The notes under the pieces: model-generated
What the model was told of the DNA's origin: nothing
What the model saw: the letters and a program-made list of their open reading frames with translations, nothing else
The model's database searches: none
Part shown: piece by piece, positions 39,876 through 52,299 of the stretch
Layout of the letters: every line of letters starts with the position of its first letter
Position numbering within the stretch: position 1 is the stretch's first letter
Program-made: the position numbers and the translations under genes
DNA from: Dudresnaya verticillata
Lineage: Eukaryota
Direction: 5' to 3'
Length of the DNA stretch: 64,000 nt
Assembly: GCA_977862235.1 (NCBI GenBank)
Contig: OZ374564.1
Coordinates: 2,666,001 to 2,730,000, forward strand

Positions 39876-40174
39876 AGGCTAAAAGAATCAGGTTAAAGGG
39901 ATAGAAGGTGAGTCGTCAGCAGGTGGAGTCCGGATGGCACCGTAGAAGTACAGTGCCATCCGCCGGAATCCGGGAACGGTTGGAGTACCAGCACGCTATT
40001 CAAAAAGCCATAGTGTGTAAACAAACGAGGGAAGAGACCAAATACCTCGCTAGATGAGATGCTGCAGTATATGGAAAGGTGCGCGAGCAGCGGGATCGAA
40101 CCGAACGGGATACGGTGCGAAAGGGAACCGAATGTATGGGAAAGTGGCCGGTGCGAAGGAGTAGGGAGGGGGAC

Positions 40175-40428
40175 GGATAGAATGGGAAAGAGAACGGATA
40201 GAATGGGAAAGGGGACCGATAGAATGGGAAAGGGGACCGATAGAATGGGAAAGGGGACCGATGGAAAACGAAAGGGGACCGATGGAAAACGAAAGGGGAC
40301 CGATGGAAAAGGAAAGGGGACCGATGGAAAAGGAAAGGGGACCGATGGAAAAGGAAAGGGGACCGATGGAAAACGAAAGGGGACCGATGGAAAAGGAAAG
40401 GGGACCGATGAATGGGAAAGGGGACCAA
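40175..40428 (+). repeat. Purine-rich 21-bp minisatellite, about 12 copies
   Basis: GAAAGGGGACCGAT(A/G)GAA units in tandem. Confidence 0.95.
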
Positions 40429-41066
40429 TACTAAAAGAACCCGGCTCTGGATGGAAGGATGAGTCGTTAGCAGGTAAAGTCCGGATGGCGCCGTATAAAT
40501 ACGGTCCTTCCCGGCGGCTTCCGTTGTAGAACTACAACGGCTTTCACAATGCCAAACGGCTCTGAAGACAGTCAAGATCAGATCCGGCTTTGGATCACGG
40601 ATCGGATCCGTGAGCATTCTGTTCTTCAATCCGGAGCATCGACGCCGTTGGCGTTACAAGGAGAACGGTGCAATGTCCGGAGCTTCGACGCGGTCGGCGT
40701 TACAAGGGGAACGGTGCAATGTCTCGTGAGAAGAAACAGCTTTGGATCTCAGATCTGACGAGAGGAGCCGTTACGGAATACACATCATCAACGCCGACAG
40801 AACCAAAACAGTATTCCCGCCAATAAGGCCAGATGACCGTTCCAATATCTACTCGAAGTGACGCAGTTCCACCGATCACCCGCCCCCTCCCCTCACCCAT
40901 TGCGCACTCCGAGGAAAGTTGAGTGTGGCGTGCGCGATTGCGAACCGGACTACGGCAACGTCTTGCGACGGTCTCCGACAATCCTCTCTCTACAAGAAGC
41001 GCGCTAACACGCAGACTTCTGCAGGCGACAGGCGATTCAGCGTTGCCTCTGAAGGATCCACGAGGG

Positions 41067-41089
41067 CGACGACGACGGCGACGACGACG

Positions 41090-41121
<32 letters not shown>

Positions 41122-41139
41122 AACGACGACGACGACGAC
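41067..41139 (+). repeat. (GAC)n microsatellite
   Basis: Near-perfect GAC run. Confidence 0.95.
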
Positions 41140-41531
41140 CCACCGCGGCGAAGCAATTGAGTTAATTACTTCTCTTCGGTTTCAATTAACGGTATGTAAT
41201 TGCAAATTTCTTTTGGTACCGCTTACACAATTGTTCGGAGTGATTCGAGTGGCGGTGTCAACGGGAACGGCCGTATACGGTCGTTTCCAAGTCGGACAGC
41301 ACCGTAATATTACGGTGCTATCCGATTGACAGTCGCAGTGTGAAGTTACGGTGGCATCCGAATCGGAAGCTTATCGGACAGCAAAAACGAAAGCGACTGT
41401 GAATCGGATAACACCGTAATATTACGGTGCTGTCCGGTTTGCCGTTTAGAAATTATTGTATACTGACTTGAAATTCCCATGTTCCACTTGTTTCAGATCG
41501 AAAGTAGTGCAATTGCGGAGCTCTGCACGGA

Positions 41532-44500
41532 ATGAACGGTCTTAACGGAGGTGATGGGGTCCAGGAGTCGGAGTTGAAGCTCGAGGAATATGGCTTACGT
41601 CTTATTCCGGAGGTCGCGGAGCTTCTGTGCGTCGTATGCCAGCATGCCGTATTCTTCGGTGTGCAAGGACAGGACAATCTCTTCAGGCATTTGCAGAAGT
41701 GTCAGCCGTGGAAACGGGTCACCCGCATCGAATCGAAGGAAGTGTACAAGTCGTGGGATACCGTCAAGAGGGCCTGTGTGCGCACGGCTTCTGAAGAGGA
41801 TTACCATGTGTACATTGGGAGCTCAGTTCGAAGCTCTTCTCGAAGAGCCGTGCGCAGGATTCCATTTTTAAGAGTTATGGAGTGCATTCCTTGCCCTCAA
41901 TGTTCGTTCTTGTCTTTGTCTTCTCCATCGTTGAAGAAACATTATGACGCCGAACATAACTCTTCTGGAAAGTCCATAAGTCTTGCGGAGATCAAGGGCC
42001 TCGGAGGTGTAAAGTGCCAGAAGCTGTTTAAGGGAACTGGCACAGGAAATCCGTTTCTACTAAAGGATGGCGGAGCAGCGGAGTGTACCGGGAATGGAGA
42101 AGCCCGGGCAAGCGGGGAAGGTTCATCTCATGTCCAGCTTCTATTGCACGAATTGAGCGAGGCCAGGAAAGGAAGGATGAAGGTAGAAGAGCCGGAAGAG
42201 AAGGACGTGAGGAGAATGGGTCGTTTTGCAAGTTGCACGAGGCCAGATTTGAAGCTCGAGCAGCTGCATCTCAGCATGGAGGAGGCTTCCAGGTTGAGCG
42301 GAGATGCCTGCCGCGGAGAGAAGGTTTTTGACTAAGATGAAGTCGAGCTGAAGAAGTGGCTGACAGAAGCCGTTCTTTCCGTATTCCAGCATGGCCGTCG
42401 CTGCTCACAGAGGCCCAATATGACGATGTCCAGGGTAATGTTCGCTGTTCGAGCACCTACTGGTGCGACGGGGAGCCAAAAGGTCGAGTTTGCCTGGGTA
42501 GAGAGGCAGTCCGAGAAGAGGTATGCCTCCTTCGTGTCTCGTGGAGCGTTAGCAATTCTACGCATGATTAATGCGTCTCGGGAAGGTGAGGAGCTCATCG
42601 CCAGTGAAGAATTACGCTCTGCCTGTGAGAAGGTGATGGAGGTGTATCGTGAAGAGACTCAGGAAGAACCGGAAGGCGCCGTAAAAATACGGCGCTGTCC
42701 GACGGGACCGTCCGAAAGTATAGTGGCGATGCACGCTTTGCTGAGAGCTTTGTTGTATGAAAGGGTGAGCGTGGATGAAGGCAGCCACTTCTGTGCTGCT
42801 CACGTCCTAACAACCTGTCTTTGTGTGAAGCGTGCGGGAGGGGGGGTTACATTTTCTGAGGGCAGGGATCTGTCTCCATTTCTTGCTGCACTCGCCTATG
42901 CGAGTTCTTGCTGCGCTTTCATCGACATATGTAGCGTTGAGAAGGAGGGTACTTGTGATGAGGAGTTGGCCAGGGTGGAGTTGAGGCATCAAGCCGGCGG
43001 GAGTTTAGGGATACATTTTCTCCAGTCCCTTTGCTTGCAGGCTCGACGGTTTCGGAATGAAGAGTACTCCAGGAACACATGGCTTCCATGTGACGATCCT
43101 GAGCACGTGGGCAAGTGCTGCGGGTACGTGGAGGGGCTTCACATGAGCCCTGATGAAATTGGTATTTGTGTGAAGAAGATGCAAAAGGAGGCGGTGAGCC
43201 TAATGTTCGACCCAACTGGTATTCTCTGCGGGGTAGAACTGCCAAAGGACTTTCAGAAACGCCTCTCGAATATGGTAGACGACACCAGGAAAGAAGACAT
43301 TCCGTATGGATTCATGGAAGATGAGCGGAATGCTGAGATTGTCAGAGAATGCCGCGATCTCGTCGATTCTGCGGTGAGAAAGATGGAATCATTAGACGAA
43401 CGAGCATTCGAGAAACGCGCAAGGGTGATGCTATCGAAACTAAGGAAGTTCCATGTACTCATGGTAGCCTGTTTGCATCTGGCGGGTGGTAATGTCTGTC
43501 GCGGTCCGGAGCTTGGGTTCTTGGCCGTGAGAAATACGGTCAGCGGACCACGTGGGATTCAACTCCCGGGTGGCCCCCGAGTTGCTGTAATTCCAAGTTA
43601 CGACAAGACAAGGAACATGAAGAGGGGGAGAATGCGTGTCATTAGCAAGCATCCTGATGTCGTTACGAGCAACCTGGTCAAATTGGCGATTCTCGTTGGG
43701 ATGGAGTTCAGGCTAGCGTTGTCCCGACTTGTCAGTAACAGGGAGTCAGGGCGTGCGGCCGCGGTCTACGAAGATGGGGCAATGGACTATCTCATGCCAA
43801 CGGCTAGTGCACGATCGGGGTGCCTGCAGCTCGCGGGGAACATGTGGAAGAGTTTTGGTCTGCCTGAAGAATATGGGGCGGAGAAACATCGACAGTGGTT
43901 TGGTGGATATGCGACCGACAAGGCCAATACGGACGAGAAGTTCCGTTACGTCGTGAAGATATTGAATGGTTTCAACAAGGGAGATTCGGATGCTGCTGCG
44001 CTGAATAGTGGAGACCTTGGAAGTGTGATGCAGGTGCAGGGAGCACACTCTGTGCATATCGCGAGAACTCTGTATGGAGCTTGCGCGCCGAACATTGCCG
44101 GTGGCGGTGAGGTAGATGATCGGAACATGAAGCAGTTCAAGCAAGTATCTGACTGCTGGCTCGCAGATTGCGGCTTGGACAAGAACTTTGATTGGAACAA
44201 ACTCCAGGGTGGCGATGAAGAAGGAGAAGGGCGTTCCCGATTGAGTCGGGTTGTGCAGGCGCGAACCGTTTCGGGTGTCAAACGCAGACTCTTCTCTAGC
44301 GGAAGCGGGACAGGAAGCGTGTCGAAACCGGAGAGCGCCGTAATTTTACGGCCGCTTCCGGAAAATTCAGCTGTTCCGAGAGATGCATCAGAGCCGGAGA
44401 GTACCGGAGGATTACGGTGCTGTTCGCCTGTGGATTTTTCAAGGCAAGCCTCCAAACCGGAGAGCGCCGTAGGATTACGGTGCGGTCCGGCCGTGGATGT

Positions 44501-47216
44501 TCCCAGACAAACCTCCGAACCGGATGGCACCGTAGGATTACGGTGCCTTCCGATTCCTAAACATTGTGATTCGGCGGGGCAAGCAAGCGAAGTTGAAGAC
44601 GCCGTAGAAGTATGGCCGCCTCCAGAAACGGGAATTGGAGAGGAAAGAGAGTCGCAGGAGCAAGGAAGGGATGTAGAGAGCGCTGATGGACCCAGTGGTC
44701 CCGGATTGGGAACTGGAGGTGGCGGAAAGGGTGTGAAAAGAGCGATGTCGGGAGACCTGGCTGGAGCCGTACTCCCACGTGCACGCAAGCAGAAGCTTCA
44801 AGGACAGGAGGCGTTGAATGAAGGGGAAGAGAGCAAAGGTGCGGAAAGTGGGAGCGCCGGGGTGTTGGACGGCAATGGGCATGGTCTCCGACTGGATGGG
44901 TGCGATGTTTCTGAGATGAGTCGAGAAGAGATGGCTGATCTATTAAGGAAGTGTTTGGCGACAATCTCGGAATCGGAGCAGAGAAAGAAGGCTTACGAGG
45001 ACGAAAAGCGGCACACCGAGAAGAGGGAAAGCGATAATATTATAGGATTGGGTGATGAACTCATGTCAGATGCAGCACGTCGCCGCTCTGATAAGGATAA
45101 CCGTACAGTCGAAGCTCGCAAAGCAGAGCGTGAGGCTTCAATTGCACGGCGTGTACAGGAATGCCTTGCGCACGCTGTAGGGGACCGTGATGCCGAGTTC
45201 AAAAGCGAAGAACAGAAGCTGGCAATGGAACTTGTATTGCGCAAAGAGAGTGACGCATTAATCGTGCTGAGGACAGGAGGTGGGAAAACCGCCGTTGTTT
45301 TTGGGCCCGCTTCAAGTGAACAAGGAGTGACTATTTTTATATGCCCCCTTCGATCACTACGGGAGGAGATCAAGTTGCGATGTGATGATATCAGGCTGCC
45401 CGTTGTCGATATTGAAGACTTGGACAACAACGAAGTTGAGAAGCGCTTGATGCCGAGAGGTATAATCCTTGCGTCCCCTGAGATCGTGTCCTGTCGAAAG
45501 TATAATTCGGTGCTGAGGAAACTGTACGGAGAAGGGAAGTTGATGCGTGTTGTTGTTGATGAGGCTCACATCGTTGTTCTGAGTGCCCACTATCGCAACT
45601 GTATGTTACGCATGCGGCACGCAAGGCCGGATGGTGTCCAGGTACCGATCATTATGATGACGGCCACTGCACCGCCACATTTGGAGAACCGTATAATAGC
45701 TGGTAACGGAGCCGTGGTCGGGAATACGAAGGTGATTCGTGGCAGCCTCCGTCGGGACAACATAATGTATACCGTGGAGCGGCTTTCGAAAACGACTGAC
45801 GAGGAAGTGGGGCACTGTATTAGACACGCTGTCACCCATGCAGTGAGTGAAGCGTTTATTGTGCGTGGTGGCGGCAAAGTTCTCTTGTGTGTGCTTACGA
45901 AGGGCGAGGCTGATCAAGCTCATGAACTTCTCGAGCGGAGCAGAATGTTCTCGGGAACAGCGCATATTATAATATGTAAGTATCACAGTGGAATGAGTGT
46001 TGAAGCACGGCGGAACAGTGTGGCCGAATGGGGCCGAAACGGGGCAGCACAGCGCTCCGTGTGTGTAATGGTGGCCACGGAAGGATTTGGTACAGGTATC
46101 GATGCCCCCGACGTGGCTCAGACTATAATTGTTGGGAGCAGCCGATCGCTAATGGAGCTGTATCAAGTGGGTGGGCGTGTTGGTCGGGATGGGAAACCAG
46201 GGAGCGTTAGTGTACTGTACCATCATGAGTATGCTGACCGCGCCAACGTGAAGGACACGGAGTCACTGATCGCCTTGAAACGGTTTCAACGGTGGGCCGA
46301 GGACACGAGAAAGTGTCGTGTCAAGGAACTTGAGCAGTATTTGGGATGCCCTGAGGAGCCTTCGGATTGCAGACAACGTGTGTGGGAGAGGACGGAATCT
46401 TACATTCGGTGTTGTGATTACTGCGCTAGGTTTTCTCCGGTAGTGGAAGCAGCGGAATCGCCGAAAAATGACGAATTGGACGAGTCGTCATCTGATGACA
46501 CCGGTTCTTCACAGCAGAGCCCGTCCTTACGTCCAGCAAGGAGTTTGCATGAGGTTGGTGGTGGAATAACCGAGCAAACGGCAAATACAGGGAGACAGAG
46601 ACAGACGGAAGAAACTGTGCAGTGCACCCCGGAGGATAGCGCGGTGGCTGCAGTTCGCACGGCGAGTGGAGCAGGCGAAGCAGTTGAAGAACTGCGGGAT
46701 CTTGCCGTCAAGCTGGCTGGTGTGTGCCCGCCTTGCTTTGGTCGTACGAGGCCCGGTGACAAGGTGTCAATCCGTGCCTGCCGGAACAGCCAGCATTCGA
46801 GGAGCTGCTATTTTCGGCAGTGTATACGGTGCATGTCCGGGGGGCACGATGCAGCCCAGTGCACTGTACGGCCTTGGAAGGCACGCGGCGGTGTGTTCAG
46901 CGCTGGTTGTTCGGAGTGCTCGATTCGAACGTTTGGTTCGAAGAAGCTCCATGTAGGGAGCGGCAGTCCGAGGCGAGGACAGAACGAGTATGGGTCGTCG
47001 GAACGTTGCCCGTTCTTCAGACCCGTACAGCTAGCGATGGCTTTTTGGAGCCACGAGGAGAGGCGCACGGAAATGCTTGCGCATCGTGGGATGCGACGTT
47101 TCAGGAGATGCTCAAGTTTGAAGGCTTTCTGTGAGGAGCTTGTGTTGGACAAGCCTGGGTGGTGCCCAGGAATTCTTGAGTTCTCTCGGTATGCTGTGGA
47201 AGTGTTTGATTTGTAG
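41532..47216 (+). pseudogene. OrsD/DUF3505-like Zn domain + tyrosine-recombinase-like domain + RecQ-type SF2 helicase + Cys/His knuckle fusion; single in-frame stop at 42333
   Basis: ORFs 41532-42335 and 42420-47216 are in the same frame with only one TAA between them. N-terminus: LLCVVCQHAV..RHL and CPQC..KKHYDAEH. YR-like: CRGPEL (R at 43500), YDKT (K at 43605), EKHRQ (R at 43890), QGAHS..ARTLY (H at 44046, Y at 44073). Helicase: LRTGGGKT, VVVDEAH, MTATAPP, YHSGM, VATEGFGTGID, QVGGRVGRDG, CR..CCDYC. C-terminus: CIRCMSGGHDAAQC. The helicase call is firm; the YR call is moderate. Confidence 0.85.
44328..44625. repeat. Cluster B: five in-frame copies of the 34-bp palindrome inside the CDS
   Basis: Starts at 44328, 44394, 44457, 44520 and 44592 (spacing 66/63/63/72). 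Translated as PESAVILRP, PESTGGLRC, PESAVGLRC, PDGTVGLRC and VEDAVEVWP. Confidence 0.9.
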
Positions 47217-47491
47217 TGCATGCGATGTGGAGATTGGTACGGAATGGAAGTATAGTTGAGTTCAGAATAAATCAGGAAACAACATCGCAGTAATGCAGGT
47301 CAAGGCGTGGGAGAAATTTACTGCTAGTGAAAGGGACGTGAATATCGTGTAGAGAAGCGGACTGTGTGCGAGAATATGTCAGTAATATGCGCAACGCAAT
47401 CGCTCGAGAATTATCGTTGAATGCGTGTGTTAGCGGGGAGAGAGTCGGAAGCTTACCTGAATGTATTTTTGTAGATGAAGATCGGGCTAGT

Positions 47492-47985
47492 CCGGAAGCC
47501 ACCGTAAATTTACGAGGGTTGCTGGTTGCCATGTCTCCACGTCCTCGAGATTAGCGTACGGGTGAACCGGAAGCCCTTGTAAACTTAAGATGACTTCCGT
47601 TGTATCTTGAACTATTGTAGAAGCGTCTTGAAGTGAAGTAGAGCCTAGGAGGGTGCAGTGCGTAGAGCGGGGGCGGCGTTGGAGCGGATAGCACCGTATA
47701 ATTACGGTTCTATTCGGTTTAAACGTGTAGAGCTGGAGCGGCGTTGGAGCGGATAGCACCGTATAATTACGGTGCTATCCGGTGGAGGAGTGTAGAGTAT
47801 GTAGAGCTAGGGCGGTGTTGGATCGGATAGCACCGTATAATTACGGTGCTATCCGGTTGAAGAGTGTAGAGTATGTAGAGTTGGGAACGCGTTGGAGCGG
47901 AGAGGACCGTATAATTACAGTGCTCTATGGTTTGAGGGTGTAGAGTATGTGGAGCTGGGACGGCATTCGACTGGAGAGCACCGTA
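47492..47985. repeat. Cluster C: palindrome array downstream of the helicase gene (65-74-bp units)
   Basis: Degenerate copies at 47492 and 47567; clear copies at 47684, 47749, 47823 and 47897 (spacer TATAATTA); left half-site at 47971. Confidence 0.93.
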
Positions 47986-48773
47986 CATTAATTCATTGAG
48001 CGGGAAGGCATCGCAATGTACGCGCTTCTTGCAACACGTGTCCACGGGTACACGCCCTACACTCTGTGCACAGTGTACCAACTGTAAACTCTGTACACGT
48101 GTGGCATCTTGGCGAGTACGTGTGTGAGGTGTTTCGGGTTGAAGTTTTGGCGCGGAGAAGGTCGCCGTGTGGGCATCGCAATGGCATAACTTGTCGAGAC
48201 GGATGAGGGTTTTTTGGTGGCGACGGTAGAGGCGGCTAACGTCGGGTGGCTTCTTGTGCACACTGGTGTGCAGTCGAGCTAGCACAAACCCACCTTCAAG
48301 TTGGAGTCGTGCTCGTGCGATGGGGAGTGTGCGAGGGGTCGGGGGCTGAGGAATTGGACGAGAAGTACGGCGGTTGCTGCTGTCAGTTGCGCGTCCCATG
48401 ATCAGCTAGGGGTGGAAGCGCCATGCGTGGACGGAGAGCATTGCGTCGACGGATTTAGGGTGTACGTGAGTCTAGATTTTGATGGGAAATTGCCTGAAAG
48501 TTTGAGATTGACTGTGCAGGCCCGTGCTCTCGACTGTCACCTCACCACCCCACCACCGTATCCGAACCCCGTCCGGCATCACCTGATGCGCCCCGTATCG
48601 TCAAACATACCGCTGCTGCAGATTTATGCCGCAAAGTGCGGTCTCTTCTCGCCCTTCCGAGTATTTGAGCGCTTCACTGAAGGTTTACACCGACAGGATC
48701 ACCCCATTGACCGTCGTTTGGCCCGCTAATCCCTGAAGCAGATGGGTGGCTTGTCTCCGGCAGCGCCAAGGAA

Positions 48774-49757
48774 ATGTATGTGCCTGCAAACTGGCTAAGA
48801 GCGTTTGGGAGTGGCAAGGAACTGCTCGAAATTGGCCTGGATCAGTCGGGAGACGGGTTTATCACGCGCTTTCGGCATAGCGTGCGAAGGAGGCTTGTTA
48901 CGGACCGTATGGCGATACCAGGACAATCAAGGTATGCTGTGCTGTTCTCAGGGGGTATCGATTGAATGGTCATTGCGCGAGTGCTTGATGAATGCTTGAC
49001 TCCCGGGGAGGGTATTACGTTGATCAATGTTGCTTTGGGCGCCGACTCGCAGGCTGTGGCGCAGTGTCCCGATCGACTAAGCGCAATTTCGGGATGCGAA
49101 GAGCTGCGTAAGCTGTCCGAGACGGACAGAGTCTTCGACTTATGCTGCGTGGACGTCGCCCCGGAACAGGTGGATGAGACGCTTGAAAAGCAGGTACGTT
49201 TGCTTGTGCACCCGTGCGACCAGGCCATGGACGCGTCGATAGGCACCGCGATCTGGCTCACAGCGCGTGCGGATGGGAGTTCACATAGCGGGCTGCAGGG
49301 AACAGCGAAGGAGGCACGAATTTTGTTCAGCGGGCTCGGCGCGGACGAGCTAATGGGCGGGTACAAGGGCCGACACCGGACGATATACCGGACGGAGGGC
49401 GTGAACGGTGTGCTGCGAGAGATGGACGCTGATTTGAGCAGACCGTGGTTTCGGAACCTAGGTAGGGACGACCGGCTTGTCGCAGACCATGGCAAGGAGG
49501 TCCGTCATCCGTTTCTGGATGAGGACCTCATCGAGTTTGTAACTGGCCTCCCTTTGGAGCGGCACGTTTGTGACCTCTCAAGACCAGATGGAATTGGCGA
49601 TAAGCACCTGCTCAGGCGCGCCGCAATAGTTCTTGGTTTGTCGGCTGAGACGGCAAGCGGTTCGAAGCGAGTGGGTCACGGAGCAAGCAGGTCATTGAGC
49701 GCAAAGGTTCTTGTTGAACATTTGGAGGCAGTTTTTGGCTTAAGCCAAAGTCTCTAA
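48774..49757 (+). pseudogene. Asparagine synthetase domain-containing (ASNSD1-like) C-terminal fragment
   Basis: AVLFSGGID*MVIA with an in-frame TGA at 48963, LFSGLGADELMGGY, RNLGRDDR and RHPFLDE. No N-terminal glutaminase domain is visible. Confidence 0.82.
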
Positions 49758-50108
49758 AGTGCGCCAATGAGTCCCATTGCCCGTCAACCGACGAAGACTA
49801 CGAAACAGGCGGCTCAACACGCATTAACGCGAACTTGTCCGCCACCCGGCTGGCTCACATCCGCATAGAGTGCTTGTCATAGCCTAGACACTAGTACCCC
49901 AGACTCGCAGCAAGTGAGAGGAAGCATTGACGAATTCGATTGCGGCGAACGTTGCGCGTGGTACCGTTGAAGGTTGCTATTCGATCCAAATACTCGTCAG
50001 ATTGGGCTTCACTGCCCAACCGCACAACATATCGCGCCATTAAGCTGGTATTGAAAAAACCGTATTGATCAAGCTGTAAATGTTGGAAAGGAGCTGTCAC
50101 AGACGCTG

Positions 50109-51324
50109 ATGGAGTGTAAGAACACATTGAGAGTTACGCTGCTTCCACTGTCGACAATCGATACTACAGCTCAGGGAAAAATTCGCTCTCTGGATACAAT
50201 CACTCTGAAGGAAAGGTCAGCGACGTTAAGTTCGCTAGAGCAGGCCGCGCTGGACATCGAACAGATCCTCCAACTCAACATCTTGAAAATGTTTCCGATA
50301 TTGAAGAGGCAATATCAACGCTTTTACAAAGCAGTAGATTCCAGAGCACTTGTGTTCCGCGACACAGTGCGCAGCCTGCTTCCCCAGGTGAGGGACGGAA
50401 ACACAGATCAGGCCGAAGTCATGCGCGATCTTGAAAAACCCATCTGCGTTGCAAAACACCAGGCAGAAGTAGCTCAGGACTTTATTGAGGCGAAGCAACA
50501 GGACTGCCGAGTTCTCGATGTGACTACTGCGAATCTCTTCAAGCATGGCTTCGAAGACTACCGCGATTCAGTAGATAATCTTGCTTCCGTCGTATCAGAG
50601 AATAGCAAACCGCGTCTATTGCTTTCTTTCGCTGGGATTAAGGCGACACACAGATTTGAGAATCAACTCCCCCCGTGCTTCTCATGCTTCTGGAGAGAGC
50701 ATATCGAGCTCTGAGACGTCGCCTGAAGGGGACCACTCGGCCAGTGACATTGATGACGAAGATGAGGAGTGGTTTGAGGACAAGGCGAGTTTGGAGTATT
50801 TGGGAAGATCCTGTGAGGTTTTGCGAAAGCTGAGGCATAACAATCGTCTAGCTGAGTTCGAGGCCTTATATGGAGTGACGACTGCTGGTCGAGCATTCCG
50901 CGCTGACGGCCGTAAAATGAAGAGGACTCGTATCGGAGATATTGTCCTAGAGGCAAACGGACGACGACAAATTGTCACTCCTGTTATGGTTGGACCTCCG
51001 AATCTTTCATGCACCGTTAACAAGCAGACTGTCAAAGTCGCATGGCATCCTACTGATAGCGAAGTTCTTCCTGCAACGGCGTTTCTAATCTCCTATCAAC
51101 CTACACGGAATGCCGCTCTCGACGAATTTGATCAAGCCGTCGCAGCCAATGAGCCAGTCGAGTACTTGGTGCAGCCTGATGGGGACAGCGTCCTTGCTTC
51201 TGCGTCACAGATGCTGTGCATCTGGAAGGCGTCTTTGACAACGCACGCCACTTTGTTGATCACGCGCTGGGAGCATCAGAAGATCCTGCAACATGCCAGT
51301 GCAGACCGGTTTGGCGTGCAGTAG
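50109..51324 (+). pseudogene. Unidentified, probably frameshifted coding remnant
   Basis: Two overlapping ORFs (201 and 247 aa) with protein-like composition (helical part, acidic SDIDDEDEEW). No motif recognised. Confidence 0.35.
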
Positions 51325-51644
51325 CGTGATGTCCTGAATGTGTCGAAAGAGCTCGTCAGTTGTGTATCCAAAAGCATGTCTCCGTGTGTGTAATGTGACG
51401 TGGTCGACCCGGAACTGGCGCTGTCGACCAAGGAGAGCAAGTCGGCTGCGCTGCTGTTTTACTTGGGTGTTGTGCTGCGCCCGACCAGCGACGCTAGCCA
51501 GAAATTGACCGAACGGGATTTGGTTCGTGTGTCGTCCATCTTCGCGGTGGAGATGGGAATGGTAGCCGTGCTAATGAAACCCACCGAGGCAATTGAACGA
51601 ATGAGGGTTGATGACGCAGAACGCTAGCTGGGGGGCGTCGAGCG

Positions 51645-51980
51645 CAGAAGCACGCGGCTCGCCATCGCGGCAAGGTCAAGTCTTTTCCGAGGGATGACCC
51701 CAAGAATCCGTGCCACCTCACCGCCTTCATGGTCTACAAGGCCGGTACGACCCAAATCGTCCGCGATGTTAACAGGCCAGGTTCCAAGCTGCACAAGAAG
51801 GATGTTGTCGAGGCCGTGACTGTCACTGAAACTCCACCAGTCGTGGCCATCGGCGTTGTGGGGCTCACTGAAACCCCATACGAACTGCGCTCGATGACGA
51901 CCGTTTGAGCCGAGCATCTCTCTGAGGAGGTCAAACGTCGTTTCTACAAGAGCTGGTATCGCAGCAAGAAGAAGACATTT
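51645..51980 (+). pseudogene. RPL3: 60S ribosomal protein L3 N-terminal fragment
   Basis: Manual translation: [60 protein letters not shown]...TTV*AEHLSEEVKRRFYKSWYRSKKKTF. Stop at 51906; start and C-terminal two-thirds are missing. Confidence 0.93.
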
Positions 51981-52299
51981 CTGCATCTTGCTTTTCTACT
52001 TTCGCTGTGAATATTTTGGCAATATTCCTGGGAAGGCGCTGCCATGCCGTCAGCGACTCCGCAGCAGGCCCAAACGGAGTGTTAGTTCGGAGCCGGGCTT
52101 CCTCTGGCCGAACAACGCGATCGAATATGGGTGTACCAGTATCCTGCAGTCGATATCCTCATCATGCTTAGAAGGAAGGCCCAGACTCTGTCTAGGATTG
52201 CACTTGGGAGGCCGCGGTCATTTGACTTCTTCCCACGGATCGTCGGGAAGCGAGGCCCGGATTGTCCTGGACAGTTGGCATGCCCGGGCTCCACTCTGC

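Larger units (their letters stand above)
39930..41437. repeat. Cluster A of the 34-bp palindrome (dispersed copies upstream of the recombinase-helicase gene)
   Basis: Copies at 39930-39963, 40481-40514, 41292-41325 and 41404-41437, plus a right half at about 41341-41361. Confidence 0.9.

Noticed and set aside
40000..40629. ORFs with repeated peptides (FHRSPF / GKGTD)
   Set aside because: They are translations of the 21-bp minisatellite.
42420..47216. Housekeeping RecQ/BLM/WRN orthologue
   Set aside because: I saw no HRDC or exonuclease-type domains, several motifs deviate, the N-terminus has YR-like motifs, and it sits among repeats with a nonsense lesion.
51624..51986. 120-aa minus-strand ORF
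   Set aside because: Antisense shadow of the RPL3 fragment on the + strand.
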